DNA of 64,000 nucleotides from Candidatus Nomurabacteria bacterium (lineage in GTDB: Bacteria > Patescibacteriota > Minisyncoccia > Phycocordibacterales > UBA9973), in NCBI GenBank assembly GCA_023267195.1, contig JAHFNT010000005.1, positions 14,875-78,874 on the forward strand. Reading direction: 5' to 3'. The notes under the pieces are model-generated. The model was not told the origin of the DNA. It worked only from the letters and a program-made list of their open reading frames with translations, and did not search any database. The translations under genes were made by a program, and so were the position numbers. Below are positions 57,587 to 64,000 of the stretch, one piece after another. Every line of letters begins with the position of its first letter. Position 1 is the first letter of the stretch.

Positions 57587-59995
57587 ATGACAGAAGAAAA
57601 AAATTTTGTTAAGTGGTATAGCGAGGTAGGTATTGCCGACGTTCCTGTCGTGGGGGGTAAAAATGCGGCGCTCGGTGAGATGTATGCAAACCTCGTGCCG
57701 CTTGGAGTAAACATACCAGATGGTTTTGCGTTGACCGCAGATGCCTATAGGCACTTTTTCAAAAGTACTGGTTTAGATGAAAAAATAAAAGAAATTCTGG
57801 CGGATCTTGATACAAGTGACATGCGCAATCTGCAAATTCGAGGCAAGAAAATTCGCAAGGAAATTTTAAAAGCTGATTTACCAGAAGACCTGAAAGATAT
57901 AATCGCGAAGTCTTACGAAGAATTGTGTCAGAAATATGGAAAGGATAGTGATGTGGCGGTGCGCTCCTCAGCTACGGCAGAGGATTTACCTGGTGCCTCT
58001 TTTGCTGGTCAGCAAGAGACTTATCTTAATGTTCATGGTATAGACAATGTTCTTATTGCGACCAAGAAATGCATTGCTTCGCTTTTTACTGATCGTGCTA
58101 TTTCTTATCGTAAAGATAAAGGATTTTCGCATTTTGAGGCGGCTCTTTCGGTAGGCATACAGATTATGGTTCGGTCTGATCTGTCGTCTTCGGGAGTAGC
58201 CTTCACGATTGATACAGAAACTGGTTTTGACAAAGTTATCGTTATCAATGGTATCTATGGTCTCGGGGAGTTTATCGTACAGGGCAAAGTCATTCCAGAT
58301 GAGTTTATGGTTTTTAAGCCGTCACTTGATAATGGCGTCAGCAATCCAATTATCGGTAAAAGTATTGGTCAGAAAAATATTAAATTAGTTTATGCAAAAA
58401 ACGGTACTAAGCAAGAAAAAGTTTCGCCTAGAGATCAGCAGAAATTTTGCCTGACAGACGAAGAGGTTGTGAAGCTGGCGAAATGGTGTTACGAGGTGGA
58501 AAAATATTTCTCGCAAAAGCATGGCCATTATCAACCAATGGATTTGGAGTGGGCAAAAAATGGCAAGACCGGCGAGCTTTTTATTGTGCAAGCTAGGCCC
58601 GAGACAGTTATTTCGTCACTAGATAAAAATATTTTAAAAGAATACAAATTGCAAAAAACGAGCAGAGTTTTAGCTAGCGGAATTGCTGTTGGTTTAAAAA
58701 TTGGCAGTGGCAAGGTTCGCATTTTGCATAACGCTAAAAATATTAATGATTTTCAAAAAGGGGAAGTTTTGGTAACTGAGATCACTGATCCAGACTGGGA
58801 ACCAATTATGAAAATTGCGAGCGCGATCGTGACCGATAAAGGTGGACGTACCTCTCATGCGGCGATCGTTTCCCGCGAATTGGGTATTCCTTGTATCGTA
58901 GGAGCCAATAATGCCACTAAAGCACTCAAAAAAGGGCAGGAGGTTACCGTAGATGCCTCCCTCGGGCAAGTTGGCAATGTATATGAAGGCATTATTCCTT
59001 TTGAAATTATTGAACATCGCCTGGATAAAATACCAAAAGTAGCAACCAAGATTATGGTCAACATCGGTTCTCCCGACGAAGCGTTTAAAAGCCATGCCTT
59101 GCCGGCCGAAGGGGTTGGTTTGGGTAGGCTAGAGTTTATTATCGCTTCGCATGTTCGCTTCCACCCGAATGCGCTGATTGATTATCAAAAGTTAAAGCTT
59201 GGCAAGCAAACTCCATACATCAAAAAATTAATTAAAGAAATTGATAATTTGACGCCTCTATATAAAGACAAAACAGATTTTTATGTGGACCAGCTTGCGC
59301 TTGGTATCGCGAAGGTTGCCGCTACGTTTTACCCACATCCGGTCATTATCCGTTTTTCCGATTTTAAAACCAATGAGTACCGCACTCTCTTGGGTGGGGA
59401 ATTGTACGAGCCCCATGAAGAGAATCCGATGTTGGGTTGGCGCGGGGCATCTAGATATTATGATCCAAAATTCAAAACGGCTTTTGGTCTTGAGTGTAAG
59501 GCGATGCAGAAAGTCCGAACGGAAATGGGTTTTACAAATGTGGTTCCGATGATTCCATTTTGTCGAACTCCCGAGGAAGGTAAAAAGGTAATTGAGACAA
59601 TGAAAGAATTTGGTTTGGATAAAGCGCAAGATAATACTTTGAAGGTTTATGTCATGTGTGAAATTCCTTCAAATATTCTGCTAGCGGATGAATTTTTGGA
59701 GATTTTTGATGGTATGTCTATCGGTTCAAATGATCTGACTCAACTTACACTCGGGCTCGATCGTGATTCTGGCATAGTTACTCATATTGCGAACGAAAAC
59801 AATGGAGCAGTTAAGAAGCTGATCGCAGAGATTATTCACAAGTGCAAAGAAAAAGGGAAGTATATTGGTATTTGTGGGCAGGCGCCTTCGGATTATCCAG
59901 ATTTTGCCAAGTTTTTGGTAAGTGAAGGCATCGAAAGTATTTCCCTCAATCCGGATACAGTTATCAAAATAATTTTGGCACTTTCAAATAAGTAA
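57587..59995 (+). CDS. ppsA: Phosphoenolpyruvate synthase
   Basis: GGKNA, VRSSATAED, GGRTSHAAI, IGSNDL, CGQAPS. Confidence 0.96.
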   Translation: MTEEKNFVKWYSEVGIADVPVVGGKNAALGEMYANLVPLGVNIPDGFALTADAYRHFFKSTGLDEKIKEILADLDTSDMRNLQIRGKKIRKEILKADLPEDLKDIIAKSYEELCQKYGKDSDVAVRSSATAEDLPGASFAGQQETYLNVHGIDNVLIATKKCIASLFTDRAISYRKDKGFSHFEAALSVGIQIMVRSDLSSSGVAFTIDTETGFDKVIVINGIYGLGEFIVQGKVIPDEFMVFKPSLDNGVSNPIIGKSIGQKNIKLVYAKNGTKQEKVSPRDQQKFCLTDEEVVKLAKWCYEVEKYFSQKHGHYQPMDLEWAKNGKTGELFIVQARPETVISSLDKNILKEYKLQKTSRVLASGIAVGLKIGSGKVRILHNAKNINDFQKGEVLVTEITDPDWEPIMKIASAIVTDKGGRTSHAAIVSRELGIPCIVGANNATKALKKGQEVTVDASLGQVGNVYEGIIPFEIIEHRLDKIPKVATKIMVNIGSPDEAFKSHALPAEGVGLGRLEFIIASHVRFHPNALIDYQKLKLGKQTPYIKKLIKEIDNLTPLYKDKTDFYVDQLALGIAKVAATFYPHPVIIRFSDFKTNEYRTLLGGELYEPHEENPMLGWRGASRYYDPKFKTAFGLECKAMQKVRTEMGFTNVVPMIPFCRTPEEGKKVIETMKEFGLDKAQDNTLKVYVMCEIPSNILLADEFLEIFDGMSIGSNDLTQLTLGLDRDSGIVTHIANENNGAVKKLIAEIIHKCKEKGKYIGICGQAPSDYPDFAKFLVSEGIESISLNPDTVIKIILALSNK

Positions 59996-60004
59996 AAATT
60001 AATG

Positions 60005-60075
60005 TGCGAGTAGGGGGAATCGAACCCCCGTCTAATCCTTGGGAAGGACTCATTCTACCACTAAACCATACTCGC
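60005..60075 (-). tRNA. tRNA-Gly(CCC)
   Basis: GCGAGTA acceptor, loop TT-CCC-AA, GGTTCGATT T-arm; CCA not encoded. Confidence 0.95.
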
Positions 60076-60157
60076 TTATAAGAGAATATAACTTTATTTA
60101 AACTGCTTGACAAGTATGCTATAATTTAAATATTAGAAAATAAATGAAGAAAAATTT

Positions 60158-60403
60158 ATGCCCAACACAATGCCAGCCGTAACAATCTATTCAACCCCAA
60201 CTTGCCATTTTTGCCATATGGCTAAAGATTTTTTTACCAAAAACGGTATTGTTTACACAGAATATAACGTAGCGAGTGATTTAGAAAAACGCAAAGAAAT
60301 GGTAGAAAAGTCTGGCCAGCTGGGCGTGCCTGTTATTATTATCGGCGATGAACTTACGGTGGGTTTTAATCAGCCTAAAATTGCGGGATTACTCGGGTTG
60401 TAG
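60158..60403 (+). CDS. Glutaredoxin-like (NrdH/YruB type)
   Basis: YSTPTCHFC, GVPVI. Confidence 0.9.
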   Translation: MPNTMPAVTIYSTPTCHFCHMAKDFFTKNGIVYTEYNVASDLEKRKEMVEKSGQLGVPVIIIGDELTVGFNQPKIAGLLGL

Positions 60404-60409
60404 GGCTTG

Positions 60410-60481
60410 TGTCCTCGGCAGGAATCGAACCTGCAATTACTCCTTAGGACGGAGTCGTTATATCCATTTAACTACGAAGAC
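60410..60481 (-). tRNA. tRNA-Arg(CCT)
   Basis: GTCTTCG acceptor, ACTCC-GT-CCT-AA-GGAGT, GGTTCGATT. Confidence 0.93.
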
Positions 60482-60554
60482 TATCTGTATAATCTAGCAC
60501 AGAAAGGCCCCTTTTGAAATTGGTATTTCATTGGTTTATGCTATAATAACAACT

Positions 60555-61352
60555 ATGAATATTGATGGAAAGAAAAATTCACTTGAATTGCCAAGACGAG
60601 ACCTGCGTGGTTTGCATGAAGCGAGAACTGGCGATATTCCATTTGAACAACCTTCAGTTGGATTTATTACATTGAAAGACAAAATTGAAACCAGCTCCGA
60701 CGTTTCTTCGGTGGATTTAGAAGATGCCCTTGTTTCCAAGGATCCTAATATAAAAATTAATGAGTTAGAGTGTTTCGCTTTGATGCGCATGCTTCTCAAG
60801 AGGACAGAAGCGGAAAGAGAAATGTTTAAAGGACAGGCTATTCTCGACGGGTTAACTGGTGTTTTGAATCGTCGTGGTCTTGACCAAGAATTAAATGAAG
60901 TAAAAGAAAGATTAAAACACACAAAAGAAGGAGTTGAAAAACGTAAATCACACCCTGGTCATGTTTTATTTTTTATAGTTGATGTTAATGACTTCAAGAA
61001 AATAAATGATACATATGGCCATGATAAGGGAGACGAAGCCTTGAAATTGGTTGCCTCGTGTTTAAAAGAAGAAGCTATCGAAAGAGGTGGCAAAGCCGCC
61101 AGAGTGGGAGGTGATGAGTTTGCAATTTTAGAAGAAAGTTCTGTGGGTTGTACTACTACCGAAGCCCAAGTAATCTCTTCAAGAATTGAAGAAAAAATAA
61201 ATTCTCTTTTATTTGTGTTAGATGATGATGGGAAAGAGGTTCGTTTTACGGTTTCGATTGGAGGTGCGGTTTTGAACAGCGGTGAGGATAGAACGATTGA
61301 TCAATTAAAAAAAGAGGCCGATACTGCGATGTATAAAAGAAAGAGCCGTTAA
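60555..61352 (+). CDS. GGDEF diguanylate cyclase domain protein
   Basis: DGLTGVLNRR, DVNDFKKINDTYGHDKGD, RVGGDEF, ADTAMY. Confidence 0.92.
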   Translation: MNIDGKKNSLELPRRDLRGLHEARTGDIPFEQPSVGFITLKDKIETSSDVSSVDLEDALVSKDPNIKINELECFALMRMLLKRTEAEREMFKGQAILDGLTGVLNRRGLDQELNEVKERLKHTKEGVEKRKSHPGHVLFFIVDVNDFKKINDTYGHDKGDEALKLVASCLKEEAIERGGKAARVGGDEFAILEESSVGCTTTEAQVISSRIEEKINSLLFVLDDDGKEVRFTVSIGGAVLNSGEDRTIDQLKKEADTAMYKRKSR

Positions 61353-61393
61353 GAATCCTTTTGTTTTATAAAAAAATATGCTAAATTATCTCC

Positions 61394-61666
61394 ATGGATC
61401 CTGAATCCAAAAAATTATTAGAGGCGACTTTTGAGCTTGCCGAAGAGAACAATAAAATGCTTCGCAAGGTGCGGAGTATCCAAAAATGGGGAGTTTTTTG
61501 GCACTCACTCAAAATGATTCTAATAATTGGAGTTACGTTGGGGGCTTTTTATTTTCTGGAGCCCTATGTAAACAAAATGGTAGACCTGTATAATTCAATT
61601 TCTGGCACAGCCGAGAAACTGAATACTACCAGGGATTCATTTCAAGAGTTTTTGAAGAAATTTTAA
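61394..61666 (+). CDS. Small single-TM hypothetical protein
   Basis: 90 aa, LAEENNKML, TM; TGcTAAATT-N6-ATG. Confidence 0.7.
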   Translation: MDPESKKLLEATFELAEENNKMLRKVRSIQKWGVFWHSLKMILIIGVTLGAFYFLEPYVNKMVDLYNSISGTAEKLNTTRDSFQEFLKKF

Positions 61667-61670
61667 ATTT

Positions 61671-61742
61671 GCCTGGGTAGCTCAGTAGTAGAGCTCTCCC
61701 CTGAAGAGGGATAGGTCGGCAGTGCGATTCTGCCCCCAGGCA
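61671..61742 (+). tRNA. tRNA-Phe(GAA), non-canonical D/T loops
   Basis: GCCTGGG/CCCAGGC acceptor, GCTC/GAGC D-stem, CT-GAA-GA loop, GGCAG-TGCGATT-CTGCC. Confidence 0.9.
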
Positions 61743-61761
61743 CAAAAGCGGAGCTTTTGTG
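61741..61761. terminator. 9-bp perfect hairpin between convergent tRNA-Phe and hsp20
   Basis: CACAAAAGC-gga-GCTTTTGTG. Confidence 0.55.
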
Positions 61762-61775
61762 AGTCCGTAGATAAA

Positions 61776-62249
61776 TTAGATTGATCTCACTTTTACGTTA
61801 TTCCTTTTTTCCTTGTCCACTTTTTTGATTTTGATGGTCACAAGGCCATGCTTTTCGGTGGCCTCGACTTCTTCCGGTTCTACTTCGGCGGGAAGCGAGA
61901 TGGTGCGGGAAAACTTTCCCCAATAAAGCTCTTTTCTAAAATAGTTTTCTTCATCTATGGTTCTAGACTCTTCTCGTTTGCCACTTATAGTAAACATGTC
62001 TCTAGAAATTGAGAGTTCCAAATCTTCTGGTTTTACCCCAGCAGTCATCGCTTGAATTACTATTTCTGTGGGGGTCTGATATACATCAATAGACAACTCT
62101 GCTTCATCGTTTTCTTCTTCAATCCAATTGCCATTGCCTTTTTTATCTCCATTTTTACCTTTTACCACTCCGTATTCTCCCTCTTTTTCTTCTTCGATTC
62201 CCATGCTACCCGTTAATCTCTCAAAAAAACTTCTTTTTTTATTATTCAT
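61776..62249 (-). CDS. Hsp20/alpha-crystallin small heat-shock protein
   Basis: IDVYQT, AGVKPEDL, ELYWGKFSRTISLP, HGLVTI. Confidence 0.9.
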   Translation of the reverse strand: MNNKKRSFFERLTGSMGIEEEKEGEYGVVKGKNGDKKGNGNWIEEENDEAELSIDVYQTPTEIVIQAMTAGVKPEDLELSISRDMFTISGKREESRTIDEENYFRKELYWGKFSRTISLPAEVEPEEVEATEKHGLVTIKIKKVDKEKRNNVKVRSI

Positions 62250-62268
62250 AACTATAAATTATATTTTT

Positions 62269-62970
62269 CTAATAATCCTCACTCAGTCTTCTTACTTTTT
62301 CAAAAAGTAGCATAACAATAATTGTGACGACCCACAAAAATGCAAATACTTTTAAAAAATCTCCGCCGTTGTTTCTCATTATAAAAAAATTAAAGGTACT
62401 ATGCAAGGCTATGGCCACTATAAATCCGACAGCCAGATGCCATTCCTTTTTAAAATTTCCCGCATGGAGCGAGATTCCCATAGCAATACCCAAGATACCA
62501 GAGGAAACAGCGTGCAGTAGTGTGGACCCAAGGAATCTAAGCTGGCCAGTGAGCAAGCCCACCACTGTATCACTCGCTAGGAATGGTTTAACTAAAAACA
62601 GTGTATTTTCAAGCGCCGCAAAGCCCAAAGCGGCTGTAATCATATAAATAGGCCAATCTATCGGTTTATCAGCATTGTGTGTTTTATAAAGGACAAGAAG
62701 AACAGCCAGATATTTTAATATTTCTTCTGCGCTGGCCCAAAGTACCAACTCTAATTCATTGGAGTTTATGTTTGTTTGTATAAATTTTTGGATAGGCAAG
62801 ACTATTAGCACCGCCAGCATGCCCATAATGAATACTATGGTAAGCAGCCCAGATGGCTCAGGGTACTCATCATCTTCTTTAAGCCAGAACCAGAGCCACA
62901 AAAGCGAGGGAATAATTCCAGTCAGAAGCGCCAAAGCCAAAATTTTTGGATCAGTTGTTAAAAGGGTCAT
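62269..62970 (-). CDS. PrsW family intramembrane protease
   Basis: EEILK, GFAALEN, LLH, LHSTFN; ATGA overlap with valS stop. Confidence 0.88.
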   Translation of the reverse strand: MTLLTTDPKILALALLTGIIPSLLWLWFWLKEDDEYPEPSGLLTIVFIMGMLAVLIVLPIQKFIQTNINSNELELVLWASAEEILKYLAVLLVLYKTHNADKPIDWPIYMITAALGFAALENTLFLVKPFLASDTVVGLLTGQLRFLGSTLLHAVSSGILGIAMGISLHAGNFKKEWHLAVGFIVAIALHSTFNFFIMRNNGGDFLKVFAFLWVVTIIVMLLFEKVRRLSEDY

Positions 62971-64000
62971 AAATCCTGAGAGCCTTCGAAGGGCCATTGT
63001 TCGATCATTAGCAATTTTTTATTCTTTGAAGGCAGCATCGACCAGATTTCTTCGGTAACGAAGGGGACGAAAGGATGCAAAATTTTTATACAGTCTTCCC
63101 AAATCAATAAAAGTGTCGGTAATAATTCAGGTTGCTTTTTACTTTCTTCTACAAGTTCATCGGCAAATCGGTGCCAGGCGTATTGATATATTTTCTCACT
63201 TGCTAAATGGAAGCGATAATTTTCCATGTCAGAAGTTATATCTTTTTTGATTTTATCAAATTCCAAAGTTAATTCATTTTTAATATTTTCTTGTCTGGTT
63301 ACTTTGTGTTTCTCCATGTTTTCTAAAATAAATCGTGTGATATTCCAAATTTTATTTGCAAAATTTTTATAGGCCTTAAGTTTATCATTGCCAAGTTTAC
63401 TATCGGATCCAGGGCCTACTCCTACAATGAGAGCCATTCGGAGGGCGTCAGTGCCATATGCGTTGACAATATCGAGCGGGTCAATATTTCCACCAAGTGA
63501 CTTGCTTATTTTTTCTCCTTTTTCATTTCGCACAAGCCCGTGCAAATATACAGTTTTAAATGGAACTTCACCGAGGAGAAATTGCGACATGAGTATCATG
63601 CGTGCAACCCAAAAGAAAAGAATGTCATAGCCTGTTTCCAGTACGTCTGTTGGGTGATAAACTTTTAGATCATTTGTTTCATCCGGCCAGCCTAGCGTAG
63701 AAAAGGTCCAGAGTCCAGAGGAGAACCACGTATCGAGTGTGTCTTCGTCCTGAGTCCAGCCACTTTCTTTTGGCGCTTCGGTATCGCAATAAATTTCTTC
63801 TCCTTTATACCACACAGGGATTCTATGCCCATACCAAAGCTGTCTAGAGATACACCAATCACGAAGATTGTCGATCCAGTTGAAATAAATACGTTCAAAA
63901 TTGTTTGGCAATATTTTAATCTTGCTTTCTCGCACTGGTTCGAGCATTAATTCCTTGAGTGTTTTGTTGCCGCGCGATTCAATTTTTTTGTTTACATTTA
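62967..64000 (-). CDS. valS: Valine--tRNA ligase, C-terminal part (continues beyond window)
   Basis: DWCISRQLWYGHRIP, DTWFSS, TGYDILFFW, KISKS; frame open to window edge. Confidence 0.95.
   Translation of the reverse strand, partial: NVNKKIESRGNKTLKELMLEPVRESKIKILPNNFERIYFNWIDNLRDWCISRQLWYGHRIPVWYKGEEIYCDTEAPKESGWTQDEDTLDTWFSSGLWTFSTLGWPDETNDLKVYHPTDVLETGYDILFFWVARMILMSQFLLGEVPFKTVYLHGLVRNEKGEKISKSLGGNIDPLDIVNAYGTDALRMALIVGVGPGSDSKLGNDKLKAYKNFANKIWNITRFILENMEKHKVTRQENIKNELTLEFDKIKKDITSDMENYRFHLASEKIYQYAWHRFADELVEESKKQPELLPTLLLIWEDCIKILHPFVPFVTEEIWSMLPSKNKKLLMIEQWPFEGSQDL

Noticed and set aside
60107-60125. TTGACA and TATAAT consensus boxes close together
   Set aside because: Spacer is only 7 nt; better explained as an extended -10 for the glutaredoxin gene overlapping the opposite-strand -35 (TTGTCA-17-TATATT) of tRNA-Gly
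60005-61742. tRNA cluster as a prophage or island integration site
   Set aside because: No integrase and no duplicated tRNA 3' end seen
1-64000. UGA recoding (genetic code 25) as in some CPR lineages
   Set aside because: Conserved genes are full length under code 11 and several end in TGA (dedA, leuS, ychF, dapF, valS)

Overview
64-kb AT-rich, gene-dense chromosomal segment that reads like a Candidate Phyla Radiation (Parcubacteria, Nomurabacteria-like) genome. This is an inference from gene content and streamlined proteins; the standard code 11 is used. It carries housekeeping genes (hpf, fmt, def, hisS, lepB, pth, dnaE, ychF, leuS, murJ, lepA, partial valS, three tRNAs) and carbon-metabolism clusters (gap, rpiB, rpe, split tkt, pfkB; a 2-hydroxyacid dehydrogenase-glycerate kinase-eno-ppsA operon; glmS-GNAT-tdh-kbl). 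It also has a large CsoR/CopA copper cluster, an ABC exporter, an ApbE/FMN-binding/RnfD-FNR flavinylation module and a 14-repeat surface protein. No transposase, prophage or CRISPR array is visible. Most notable: (1) a family of about 20-27-nt REP-like hairpins (stem-TCG-loop-CTC-stem-CA[AG]G) with covarying stems, inserted in frame in gap, tkt, copA, an HMA-DsbD gene and lepA, with further intergenic copies; (2) a translationally coupled dapF plus cysteine-synthase-like pair that could make meso-lanthionine; (3) a complete Nudix domain inside LeuRS; (4) pervasive leaderless promoter architecture (-10 box, 6-7 nt, ATG); (5) uncharacterised Cys/His/Met proteins and a possible leader/attenuator in the copper cluster. 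All calls come from reading motifs by eye; no database searches were run.
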